Both the position numbers and the translations under genes were made by a program. 64,000 nucleotides of DNA from NCBI GenBank assembly GCA_030141605.1, contig JAQGDQ010000598.1, positions 63,769 to 127,768 on the forward strand, written 5' to 3'. This document shows, piece by piece, positions 51,268 through 64,000 of the stretch (positions within the stretch are counted from its first letter, which is position 1; each line of letters begins with the position of its first letter). This DNA is from Tubiluchus corallicola. Lineage: Eukaryota > Animalia > Priapulida. The notes beneath the pieces are model-generated. The model saw nothing but the letters and a program-made list of their open reading frames with translations, did not search any database and was not told the origin of the DNA.

Positions 51268-53054
51268 CATTGTTAGAATCAGGAGACAGTGAGATATTGC
51301 CACATTGTTAGAATCAAGAGACAGTGAGATATTGCCACATTGTTAGAATCAGGAGACAGTGAGATACTGCCACATTGTTAGAATCAGGAGACAGTGAGAT
51401 TCTGCCACATTGTTAGAATCAGGAGACAGTGAGATATTACCACATTGTTAGAATCGGGAGACAGTGAGATTCTGCCACATTGTTAGAATCAGGAGACAGT
51501 GAGATTCTGCCACATTGTTAGAATCAGGAGACAGTGAGATATTACCACATTGTTAGAATCAGGAGACAGTGAGATACTGCCACATTGTTAGAATCAGGAG
51601 ACAGTGAGATACTGCCACATTGTTAGAATCAGGAGACAGTGAGATACTGCCACATTGTTAGAATCAGGAGACAGTGAGATACTGCCACATTGTTAGAATC
51701 AGGAGACAGTGAGATACTGCCACATTGTTAGAATCAGGAGACAGTGAGATACTGCCACATTGTTAGAATCAGGAGACAGTGAGATACTGCCACATTGTTA
51801 GAATCAGGAAACAGTGAGATATTGCCACATTGTTAGAATCAGGAGACAGTAAGATACTGCCACATTGTTAGAATCAAGAGACAGTGAGATATTGCCACAT
51901 TGTTAGAATCAGGAGACAGTAAGATACTGCCACATAGTTAGAATCAGGAGACAGTGAGATATTGCCACATTGTTAGAATCAGGAGACAGTGAGATTCTGC
52001 CACATTGTTAGAATCAGGAGACAGTGAGATATTACCACATTGTTAGAATCAGGAGACAGTGAGATTCTGCCACATTGTTAGAATCAGGAGACATTGAGAT
52101 TCTGCCACATTGTTAGAATCAGGAGACAGTGAGATATTACCACATTGTTAGAATCAGGAGACAGTGAGATACTGCCACATTGTTAGAATCAGGAGACAGT
52201 GAGATACTGCCACATTGTTAGAATCAGGAGACAGTGAGATACTGCCACATTGTTAGAATCAGGAGACAGTGAGATACTGCCACATTGTTAGAATTAGGAA
52301 ACAGTGAGATATTGCCACATTGTTAGAATCAGGAGACAGTAAGATACTGCCACATTGTTAGAATCAAGAGACAGTGAGATATTGCCACATTGTTAGAATC
52401 AGGAGACAGTAAGATACTGCCACATAGTTAGAATCAGGAGACAGTGAGATATTGCCACATTGTTAGAATCAGGAGACAGTGAGATTCTGCCACATTGTTA
52501 GAATCAGGAGACAGTGAGATATTACCACATTGTTAGAATCAGGAGACAGTGAGATTCTGCCACATTGTTAGAATCAGGAGACATTGAGATCTGCCACATT
52601 GTTAGAATCAGGAGACAGTGAGATATTACCACATTGTTAGAATCAGGAGACAGTGAGATACTGCCACATTGTTAGAATCAGGAGACAGTGAGATACTGCC
52701 ACATTGTTAGAATCAGGAGACAGTGAGATACTGCCACATTGTTAGAATCAGGAGACAGTGAGATACTGCCACATTGTTAGAATCAGGAGACAGTGAGATA
52801 CTGCCACATTGTTAGAATCAAGAGACAGTGAGATATTGCCACATTGTTAGAATCAGGAGACAGTGAGATACTGCCACATTGTTAGAATCAGGAGACAGTG
52901 AGATTCTGCCACATTGTTAGAATCAGGAGACAGTGAGATTCTGCCACATTGTTAGAATCGGGAGACAGTGAGATATTACCACATTGTTAGAATCAGGAGA
53001 CAGTGAGATTCTGCCACATTGTTAGAATCAGGAGACAGTGAGATATTACCACAT
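51268..53054. repeat. Minisatellite, 35-bp unit x~51
   Basis: ATTGTTAGAATCAGGAGACAGTGAGAT(A/T)(C/T)T(G/A)CCAC repeated head-to-tail. Confidence 0.98.
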
Positions 53055-53599
53055 CGTAGTATTTGGATATGATTACTAGTGAGCGCATTTATAGGATAGA
53101 TATACTTGGTGCGAATTTTGTTAGTAAAGAGGACAGTGCAGAAAAACGGTTGGAATCTTCATAGGGGTCCTTGGAAGACACATTAGAAACATCAACTGGA
53201 TACAAAACTACATAGTTTCATTTGACTGACATTTTGAAAAACTCTTGTATGTCATCTGTCTTCCGCAAACAACCGGAAATGCTTTGGCGTGAGTTCACAT
53301 CAAACGCGTTACAAACACTCTCTGTTTGAAGAAGAGAAAATTTGATGTTTGAATAAAAGAGAGGAAAAAATTCTGATTGCACAACTGCGTCTGGCGTGAT
53401 ATCTTTGTCCTTTCTGCAAGAACTTTCTGCTGTTCAAAGAAAAGTGTTGATAAAATCGAAAAGTGTCGCCATTTTATTGTATTAATTTTATAATCCTCAA
53501 TGTTATCACAAGTAGATGTAGCTAATGTGTTTCAATACTTGTCCGGATTTTTATATTATAACTTCTGGAATCTGTTTTCTATTATGTTTTCTGGAATCA

Positions 53600-53945
53600 A
53601 AGTTAACAAAGGCCCTTACATACGGAATTTAATTGCTCCAGCTATTAAAAATGCCAACTCGCTGTCCATATTTAAAAAGTTATAAATTAAACTTATAACA
53701 TATAACATATAAGTTTACATATAACATATATAAAACATATAACTTATCACTCAATCAAGATTTGTTGTAATATATTGTAATTTTTTTCGTAACTAATTCT
53801 AGTGGCCCACCATAAGCTGGTTTCTTAGGTCTCTAGCGCAGAATTCATGAATTGTATCATATTTTTATATTAACAAAAACTGATTATCGATGCACATGTA
53901 ATGCATATGTATATGTTTATTGCGAAAAAATAAATCTATTGAATT
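53600..53945 (+). mobile_element. Short LINE 3' remnant
   Basis: KGPYIRNLIAPAIKNANSLSIFKK (decayed GP.IWN....IK...SL..FKK), stem-loop 53799-53836, AATAAA. Confidence 0.55.
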
Positions 53946-54556
53946 AAAGGAAGGTTTTAAAGCAAAACAAGACCTAATTTTAAACTATAACTCAAAATAA
54001 TCTATTCTCTATAATATTCAAAGGAAACATACTATTTTTCCAGAAATGACTTACGTAAAACAATTATTACCACACAAACACAATTTCACGTTCGCGTTCT
54101 AGTTCTTCACTATTAGATGCATTTCTCCATTCGCTAGTTAAACGGGCGATAGCGCCTGCATTTCGGAAACGCATTGCACAAAAAACAAGTGCGGTACCTC
54201 TCAGTTCAGATGTATTAGTTTTTAAAGGAAAACAAGATGAAATTCATGTCCTTCCTCATTTTGAAGTACAGTAAAAAGTATACATTTTAACACCAGTAAT
54301 AATTCAAAAGTGTTTTTTGGTAATTAAATTAAACCTAAATTAATGTTTACTTATTAGGGAAACTGTCATCTGTTCTGTAGTAATGGTGTATTTTGTCATA
54401 TGTTTAATGCAATTTCTTTTCTGGTTAGTGCAATGACGTCACTGGTGGAAGAATAGGCATTCAAAATGTGAGCGCCCAAGCGTGAAATGATTGCAACTTC
54501 AAAGTGATTTTACCAATTACACGAGGTGCTTAGCACACTTTCATTACTAAATTATT

Positions 54557-54759
54557 GTCTGTCTGTCTGTCTGTCTGACTGACTGACTGACTGACTGACT
54601 GACTGACTGACTGACTGACTGACTGACTGACTGACTGACTGACTAACCGACTGGTTGACAGACTGACTCACTGACTGACTGACTCACTGACTGACTCACT
54701 GACTGACTGACTGACTGACTGACTGACTGACTGACTGACTGACTGACTGACTGACTGAC

Positions 54760-54844
<85 letters not shown>

Positions 54845-54853
54845 GCCTGCCTG
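54557..54853. repeat. (GACT)n/(GTCT)n microsatellite
   Basis: Seen directly. Confidence 0.97.
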
Positions 54854-57154
54854 TCTCGGAGACATTCAAAGTCGACATATTTATTGAACTCACTTCGTAT
54901 CACCAACCCGGAATACGGCTAGATCGACGCAGTAGAATCGCAGCACTTGTTCTTGAACAACTTGATTATAACAATTTGCTCAAAATTTAAGTGCCGTGCA
55001 AATAAAATATCAAACTGTTACCATCAGAATGTGTCATACTGAGATTCTTTGAAATCTGACGAGTGTTGTAAAGGCATGATAAGTTTTTGGTACTGTTGTC
55101 GTCAGTTTCGTGTCTGAATACTTTAGCAAAGATTGAGGCAGAGATTAGTTAACTTACTATAGGTAAGGATTCGTCGCTTTGGATTTCGGGTTTATTTTAC
55201 TGTTATCACTTTAATTTAGAAAAACATAGCAAAGAAATATGCATAAAAACTACCTATAAAGCATAAAGGTAATTTATACTTGGACTGTATAAAGATTTTC
55301 AAGAGTAGTAGGAGTCGTTATTCACTGAAAATTATGACGTAACTGGTGGAGTTTATGATTTTTCATAAGCGCTTGATGCTTAAGCTAATTCAAACTTCTG
55401 CAGCTTACCTAATGTTCATACAGAAATGTCAAACAGTTAGCCAAGTTTTCCCGGAAATAAAAACTTATTGTAGTTTTGGCGGAAATTGACAGTACGCTGC
55501 TTTTCTTCAGCTGATGAATGACGTCATTGGTGGAAGAATGGGCGTTCTTTATGGAAGCATCCAAGCGTGAAATGATCGCGAACAAAATGTGAATTTTTTT
55601 TCAATTCTCATCACCATAATAGACATTTCTCAACCAAACAGTGCCACCTATAACTTTACCAGTTGGACGTTAACTTTTATTTAGTTAACTAATTAATTAC
55701 GGGTAACTAAGTCACTCAAAGTGATGTTTTTAAATGCGAGCAACACCCAACTATGTGCAAGCGTATAGGTGGCGCTCTTTATATGTATTCTATTAGGATG
55801 TGAACTTGGCCGTACTTTTGGAAGTAATAATACTGATTTGAACCCCACAGGTCCCGCGTTCAAATCAGGATGTATACACAGTTTTTAACAACGCTTCTTT
55901 CTGCAACAATTTGCAGCATTCGCTGTAACCCTCCCTCTTTGACATAAATGCTAATTATTCTCTAACCGCAAGTCTATTGATTCTATCTAATCGCAATTAA
56001 AAAAGACAATTAGTTAATTAACTAAAATTGGTAGTTAATAAAGTTAACATTAAAGTGTAGTGGGTGTATAGGCCCTTTTTTGGTTTTAATTTAGTTCTCA
56101 ATTACTGCCACGGTGCTGCCACCTGTTTGTTTATTTAGTAGGCCTTTTAGTTTTTACAGTAGTCACTCTTTTAAAATTGAAGCACCTAATATCCTTCAAT
56201 ACAGTAGCATTTTGGCCATTCGTGAACTATAGCCGTAGTAGTTGTATGACGTTTTACCCGTCTTTTGGTTCTCTCCGCCATTGCTCTATTTTTCTGACTG
56301 TGATGAACATTATGACTGTAAATTTCTTACGAATTTATTGTTGTGTCATTGTTGTTGTTCTTAAGGCAACTTGGAGTTCTCATTCCTGTCTTTGTAACTG
56401 TTAAAAGCGCTTACAACCTAAGTTATTGTTAATTAATTTCAATATAGTCTACATAATTTTTATATCAGTACTTAGTTATAGCAATACATTTAATCATGCA
56501 ACTAATTTTCTTCTATTCAATGCAAGTTAAACTAAATGTTAATAAATGTATTTCAGAATAAAGAAACTTTTGGTCAACACGGTAAACTGGTGTTTTGCAT
56601 CCATTTCAGTTAGTATAAAATTGGTACCGTTTGTTGTTCGAAACGGTACCGTGCGAGACGCTGTGTTGTTTGGTTTTGTTTACTGTGGCAGTTTACATTA
56701 AATTTATTGATTTTTTTACATCATCACGAAGTCTGACGTTCTACCCTCAAGCCGTCCCAGATACAATACTCAGCCTTGCAGATAAGTAAACATTGCGTGA
56801 TCAAAACACATCAATTCTACTGAAGGAACAGCAGATGCACATAGTGAAACACGCAACCAATCCAAAACATCGATTTTGCATTAGACCCTGATGTAAACTG
56901 ATAAACAGGACTTGACCACGCCTCGAGGACCTCGGTTCGATAACACGTTCTAGCGAAGATATGTTTAGAAAGTGCGTGAGGTTGTTCCGTTTTGAGAGTG
57001 TGGCTTAGTGGTCTAGTTCGTTAAAAGCTGGGCTGTGTGGTCGAGTGGTTTCGACGAGCGCAATCACGCAGTCTTGAGTCCAAGACTAGCTGCAGCCAAC
57101 GCCAAACCATATACGTCTGAGTATGTTCTGTTATCTGCCTGTATTGTAAACTTA

Positions 57155-57525
57155 CGAGTGCCATGTACGCGTAATGCGTGATCCGCAACGCGTAATGCGT
57201 GATGCGTAGTCGTACGATGGCCATCACGTTCGAGCAAACACGTGTCACGCATCATGCATTACGCATTACGTATTACGCGCACATGGAAACATTTCCACAT
57301 AATTAAATATAAACTGTTGTATACGCATCGCGCATTACGTATCACGCATCATGCATTGCGTATTACGTGCACATGGAAACATTTCCATATAATTAAATAT
57401 AAACTGTTGTATACGCATCACGCATTACGTATCACGCATCATGCATTACGTATCACGTATCATGTATTACGTATTACGGATCACGCATCACACATTACGC
57501 ATTACGCGCGAACGAAGTCGTACCT
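57155..57525. repeat. Element built of inverted CGTAATG/CGTGATG versus CATTACG/CATCACG heptamers with an internal tandem duplication; probable MITE
   Basis: The left arm heptamers are reverse complements of the right arm heptamers; the CACATGGAAACATTTCCA block occurs twice, 90 bp apart. Confidence 0.6.
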
Positions 57526-58587
57526 TACGTCGCTAAATAGCCATTAGTGTTAGTGTTGTGTTTTAAATGAGCGACGGTAAATAAATCTTGTATTTGTTTT
57601 TTTTTGTGAAGAAAGTGAATTTTGAAGAATGTTCCAAAAAACTTTCCATACAAAGTCATATTACTTTGCGTAACACTTGGCTGTCTGAAAGGTTTATGTA
57701 ATTTGAGAATGAGATTCTTAATAATGTAAAATATTCGCATCGCTATCCCACTGTGCACCACTGTTTCACCAAAAACACATTATTGATCCTATTGACAATA
57801 TAAAGTAATTTAAAACTTTACTTAGTTAGCGAATGCGACGATTATTTTTTTCAAACTTTGCGCAATCTTATTTAAACTTCTTTCAAACGACTTACCGTTA
57901 AAATGACTGCGCCAAACGGCCAGCGCACGAGTTCAAATTTAAAAGTTTTATTCAGCGTTACTGCTAACACAAGCCCTGTATGAAACAAGACTACGGTAAG
58001 TGTTAGAAAATCTTCAAGACGAATTGTAAAAGCTTTATTTATGAAAAATCTTTTCTTGTGCTTTAATTCACGAGGTTACTCGTGTTGTTGACATGGACTG
58101 AGCTGTATCAGACGGAATTCACGTAATTTTTATTTAGATTTAAAACTCATGAAAACCCCAGAAAAAATGTCGTCAATTCTGGATTCTGTTCCTCTCATCT
58201 GGACTCTTTATCACCAGTTATTTTGCCCTGTTACGTCAAAGGCGTTCCAATTTTATTACGAAACAGCAGTACAGAAATGTTCCAACCCTAATTTAAGCAA
58301 CACAAGTTTTTAGCCCATTGCATATAGATTACACTCATCGTCATCAATCAATGTCATAACCATCAACATCATCGTCGTCCTCGTCGTCGTAGAGAGAGAT
58401 AGACAAGCATAAGGACGCACAGATGGACAGACATACAGACAGATACAGAAGGATTAAATGCAGGCGCAAGGCAAACAAACAGACAGACAGGAAGGCAGAA
58501 GGATCACGTTCAATTTTGTTTTGCATCAACTCCACAGTTTGCACTAGTTGTGCTAATCACACGCCAGGACATTTTGTGCAGCTTATC

Positions 58588-59765
58588 GATAATTGCTTGA
58601 AATAATCACCAATAATTGCTTGAAATAATCACCAATAATTGCTTAAAATAAACATCAATATTTGCTTGAAATAATCATCAATATTTGCTTGAAATAATCA
58701 TTAGTATTTGCTTGAAATAGTCAACAATAATTGCTTGAAATAATCATCACTATTTTTTGAAATAGTCACCAATAACTGCTTGAAATAATCATCAGTATTT
58801 GCTTGAAGTGATCATCAATATTTGTTTGAAATAATCATCAATATTTGCTTGAAATAGTCACCAATAATTGCTTGAAATAATCACCATTAATTGCTTGAAA
58901 TCGTTACCAATAATTGCTTGAAATAAACATCAATATTTGCTTGAATTAATCATCAATATTTGCTTGAAATAATCATTAGTATTTGCTTGAAATAGTCAAC
59001 AATAATTTCTTGAAATAATCATCAATAATTGCTTAACATAATCATCAATAATTACTTGAAATAATCCTCAATATTTGTTTGAATAATCATCAATATTTGC
59101 TTGAAATAGTCACCAATAATTGCTTGAAATAATCATCAGTATTTCTTGAAATGATCACCATTAATTGCTTGAAATCATTACCAATAATTGTTTAAAACAT
59201 TTGCTTGAAATCATCTCCATTAATTTCTTGAAATAATCATCGATAATTGCTTGAAATAATCATCAATAATTGTTTGAAATAACCATCAATAATTGCTTGA
59301 ATAATCATCAATATGTTTCAGACAATCAGCATTAATTACTTGAAATCGTTACCGATAATTGCTTAAAACAGTTGCTTGAAATCATCTCCATTAATTTCCT
59401 GAAATAGTCTTCAATAATTGCCTAAAATAGTCGCATTAATTACTTAAAATAATCAACATTAATTGCTTAAAATAGTCAGCATTAATTGCTTAAAATAATC
59501 ACCATTAGTTGCTTCAAATAGTCAGCATTAATTGCTTAAAATAATCACCATTAATTGCTTGAAATAGTCACTAATAATTGTAATAATTGTTTGAAATAGT
59601 CAACATTAATTGCTTGCAACAATCGTCTTATACCAAATTGCTTTAAAATAATCACATTTAGTTGCTTGAAATGGTCACATATAATTGCTTAAAATAGTTA
59701 CGAATCGTGATTTAGAATAATCACCATTAATTGCTTGAAGTAGTCACGGATAATTGCTTGAAATT
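58588..59765. repeat. Degenerate AT-rich minisatellite, ~23-bp unit
   Basis: TTGCTTGAAATAATCA(C/T)CAATAA repeated about 50 times, diverging progressively rightwards. Confidence 0.93.
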
Positions 59766-60089
59766 TTGATAAGCCGCCATTAAGCGTCTTTGATTCGCTA
59801 CAATGATTGCTGAAACGTTTAATCGCATAACAGCACGCCAGCTGAAGGAATTTTTCAGCTAAGCGCCATATTGTTACATACATTTCATCTTGTGAAAGTA
59901 ACGATCGCATTAAATGGCCGTCTATATGCTCGACGGACTACGACAATGGCTTACAGAAGCGCAAAATAATTTCAAATGAGCAGTTTAGACTCTCGGGAGT
60001 TCATTTCCACTTGTGTTTATGGCACACTGGATAAGTCAGCGTGTTCTTTCGTACTAGATCCGGGATTTACAGTAAACAACCCTGACCTA

Positions 60090-60346
60090 TTTCTCGGCTA
60101 AACTATGACCTTTTTTCTAAAGGCTGTAAAGATAATAACGGTCATCCAATATTGCCGAATTGTAACTGCGGATTTCGATTTGAGTCTGTTGAACACTTTT
60201 TGTTGCACTGCCCATTGTATCAACATGTTACGTTTGATAAATTAAATGAAATACTTCTGCCTGAAAACCTTAACGTAGCTGCCTTAGGAACTAATGATCT
60301 GTTGAAGTTATTATTATTCGGAAAAGATGAATTTAACTATGTATAG
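60090..60346 (+). mobile_element. LINE ORF2 C-terminal fragment with CCHC zinc knuckle (CR1 group)
   Basis: RLNYDLF...PNCNCGFRFESVEHFLLHCPLY...LLLFG matches the LN.DLF..C.CG...E...HF.L.CPLY...LL.G pattern of CCHC-bearing LINE ORF2 ends. Confidence 0.72.
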
Positions 60347-62084
60347 TTCCTCAGATAAGCAGCCCGAGGGACAAATTGCACTTATGTGCAGCTTTACTGT
60401 TCGTACTACGCACAAAGCATTTGAGAAGGAAACAAATTCTTGTTTTAGAGTTCCACAGATAAGCAGCCCGAGTGAGCTGTACTACTTGTACTACACACAA
60501 AGCATTCGACATTAAAACTTTCTGCCTGACTGACGTGCCAACCCAAACATTTCTTGACAAAAGCGCCCATTTTAATGAGACGACAGTCACATTAACTGCA
60601 GTCCTTCGACACGTTCATGGCTTCAGTGTATCGCATTAATGATAGAGTACTGTCTCCACTGGCGCTTGTGTAAACACACTGATGCTAATCCAACAGCTGA
60701 TCACATGGTCCCTAATCACCTCAAATAATAGAATCCAATAAATGATATAGACCAACCTCTTGTGTGTGTAAAGCTTGTGACATTTAAGAGACTGGCAATC
60801 TATGGACTAGTGTGCAATGGTAAGATGTGAAAATGAGCTAGCGACTTATCAATAAAAAGAGATACATTCACTATTAGGATATGATGATCCCATGTTTGTT
60901 CAATTGCCACTTTTGCCCTAAAAAGTTTTTTGTTTATTTTCTGTACATAAACTTAAACTTTTATTTAATTTATTTAAAGTTTATTTCAGCACATAAACAT
61001 GCCATATAAAAGTTAAAAATTTACACTAAAAACTAAGCAATACAATATGTCATGCACTATTATAAACTCAGTTGGTTTTAGCTTAAGGGACAAGAAAAGA
61101 CTCTTCATAAATAAAGGCTAAAAAATTCGTTATGAAAATTTGCATCACTAATATGCTGTCTTCTTGCATACAGGGCTTGCGTTAGCAGTAACTGTGTTCA
61201 AAAAACTTGTGAATATAAATTCCTGCGATGACCGACAAGGCGCAGTCATTTTAAACATGTTTTAAGCAAACTTAGATGATTTTGCGTACAGTTTAGAAAA
61301 ATAATCGGAGTATTTGTAGCACACTCATCACTAAAAGAAGTAAAAGTATAAGCTATTCTATAATTTTGAGATGAACAATAATGTCTTTTTGGTAAGCCAG
61401 TGACGCACACCGAGATGGTAAAACTGTGATGTTTTATCAGTCGACGTAAACATCTTAAATTATCAAGAATTTTCTTTTCTAATTACTGAAGTCTTTCAAA
61501 ACTCAGTGCCAAGCAATAACTTTGTATAGAAATTACTTTGGTGTATATTCTAAAATTCTATTGTAAGCGTTATCTTTATGCGAATCACACCTACATTAAG
61601 CAAGCAGGGAAACCTTAGAACGCAAACTTACTATCAAGAAGAGCAGAAACAAATAAGACTATCTTAGAGATGCTTCGTAAGCTCTTTACATGTTGCGTTT
61701 ATGGTGCGATCTTGTCTCGTTTGATTATATATTTCCCAGCTGCAAGTTTTCTAAACTTCTGACGTATAACAAGAATAATTAACTTTGCAGTTTTAAAGCA
61801 TCTTAGTAGAGTTTTTGCTACGTTGCATTCTGAGAAGTAATTCTGAGTATCTACCTGTCACCTGCGCCACTATAACAATTTTCTCTATAGTTAATATGAA
61901 ATCTGTATCTTATTCTTGCTAACTGTGAGACGTAGACAAGAGTGCTGTCCATACCATGACACCATGCAGTCATAACATCATTCATTTTTATAAAGTTCCA
62001 ATTGCCTGTGGCTTCATCCATGGTGAGTTCTTTAGTTTTCTGTTTTGTGCCTAGTACACCATTAAAAGTTAATACAATCTGTAG

Positions 62085-63200
62085 TTTCAAAATGAGGTTA
62101 AATGTCGAACATCTAAATTATAAAATGCTACAAGACAGATTAATTCTTAATTAATTGCAGTGTTGTGCTACAAGATAAACTACTTTCATGTCTAGTATTT
62201 CATGAAACGCTTCTACAACCCTTAATATCAAAATGATGTTTCATTCTAGGCACTTAAATTATAAAGTGCTAGAACACAGCCTAACTACTTGAACACTACT
62301 ACGGAGTGCCTCAAGGTAAACTTCTAGATCTTCTACTTTGTGGCTAGTATATCACCAAAAGCAATTACTAACTTTAATATCAAAATGATGTTTCATTCTA
62401 GGCACTTAAATTATAAAGTGCTAGAACACAGCCTAATTGCTTGAACACTACTACGGAGTGCCTCAAGGTAAATTTCTAGATCCTCTATGTTGTGGCTTGT
62501 ATATCATCAAAAGCGATTACTAACTCTAATATCAAAATGATGTTGCATTCTAGGCACTTAGATTATAACGTGCTACAATACAGCCTAATTGCTTGAACAC
62601 TACTACGGAGTGCCTCAAGGTAAACTTCTAGATCTTCTACTTTATGACTTGTATGTCATCAAAAGTGATTACTAACTTTAATATCAAAATGATGTTTCAT
62701 TCTAGGCACTTAAATTATAAAGTGCTACAGCACAGCCTAACTGCTTAAACACTACTGCGGAGTGCCTCAAGGTAAACTTCTAGATCTTCTACTTTGTAGC
62801 TAGTATATCATCAAAAGTGATTACTAACTCTAATATCAAAATGATGTTTCATTCTAGGCACTTAGATTATAAAGTGCTACAACACAGCCTAACTACTTGA
62901 ACACTACTACGGAGTGCCTCAAGGTTAACTTCTAGATCTTCTACTTTGTGGCTAGTATATCATCAGAAGCGATTACTAACTCTAATATCAAAATGATGTT
63001 TCATTCTAGGCACTTAAATTATAAAGTGCTACAATACAGCCTAATTGCTTGAACACTACTATGGAGTGTCTCAAGGTAAACTTCTAGATCTTCTACTTTG
63101 TGGCTTGTATGTCATCAAAAGCAATTACTAACTTTAATGTCGGAATGATGTTCCATGCTGCTTAGTAGAATTGTAAAACGCTACTAGACAGCCTAATAGA
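62085..63200. repeat. Tandem repeat, 152-bp unit x6 plus diverged edge units
   Basis: AATATCAAAATGATGTT at 62224, 62376, 62528, 62680, 62832 and 62984; diverged related units at ~62085-62223 and after 63136. Confidence 0.96.
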
Positions 63201-64000
63201 TCTGCACGACCATACACTTAAAGGACGAGAAAAGAAGGAAAAAAATCTCATTGATTCGTCAGACTCGATACATTTTAAGCCACTAAAGCTGACGTCACCG
63301 TTACGCACAGAGAAATCTGATTGATTCTCGGGAAAAGATTTGGTCATTTGACCTCGGGAAATACATTTGTTAGACGTTCGTTAACCAAGCGGTTTTACTT
63401 TTGAAAGCAAGCGGTAGGAGATTCTTTCGCTTGATTTGCTTCATCTTACTATCGAAAAAATTGATTTTGATGCCAAATAGCTTTAAAGAGAGGGAGAGCC
63501 TGTCCTGATCGTACACTGTTAACACTAATTTAAGCCTAATTTATTGCAGTGAGAAAGGATGAATTACGCTTAAACCTTAGTGGGTATTGATTGATTTGCT
63601 CTTACTTGTGATTTTGCATTAATTGTGCTGTGAAGAGAATCCAGTCAAAAATACTCATTAGAGAAACATAACGATTTGTATAAATTGTGGCCACACTAAT
63701 AATACACTTTATTAACAAAATTCAAATTTAACTGTTACACTTTATATTTCAAATTAAGTTACAAATCATAACAAAAATAATCACATAATTCACAGCACTT
63801 TAAATGAGTAATCTCACATACAGGCCTGCATAAAAACAAGAAAAAGGTGGTCCCTGATCAGCAGTGACACTTCCTTTTCATAGGCTAGGTTAACTAAACG
63901 CATGGTTACCCATGCATGAACGAAGCATACGATCTAAATAATATTGTAAGGCCACCAAAGAAGCCAGGTTTGGTTTAAAGCGGATTTTCCGTCACTTTCA

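Noticed and set aside
56622-56650. Perfect 10-bp hairpin GGTACCGTTT/AAACGGTACC as a Helitron 3' end
   Set aside because: No CTRR|T terminus at the expected distance on either strand, and no matching hairpin after the sister repeat at 47812.
61851-62090. 79-aa minus-strand ORF as a nested gene exon
   Set aside because: No recognisable homology or clear splice-site pair, and it overlaps the edge of a satellite.

Overview
AT-rich, repeat-dense eukaryotic DNA, most likely from an invertebrate animal (spliceosomal donor, metazoan-type 5S sequence, SINE/LINE/MITE content). The only host coding sequence I can support is the first coding exon of a CNRIP1/CRIP1 (cannabinoid receptor-interacting protein 1) homologue at 7970/8015-8190 (+), ending in a phase-2 GT donor. 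I found no downstream exons by eye, so the remaining ~56 kb is probably one large intron. That interval holds several TTAA-flanked Kolobok-like MITE families, piggyBac-like and hAT-like MITEs, two independent solo LTRs with 5-bp TSDs, a TSD-flanked SINE with a full-length 5S rRNA head plus a headless sibling, a tRNA/Meta-type SINE, several 5'-truncated LINE 3' ends, nine minisatellite arrays (23-152 bp units) and long compound microsatellites. Nearly all other entries in the ORF track are repeat artefacts. The most interesting observations are a 3x150-bp tandem array whose minus strand carries a hammerhead-ribozyme-like fold with a non-canonical core (retrozyme/Penelope-like candidate) and the 5S-headed SINE family. 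All family assignments are by eye and from memory of consensus motifs; no searches were run.
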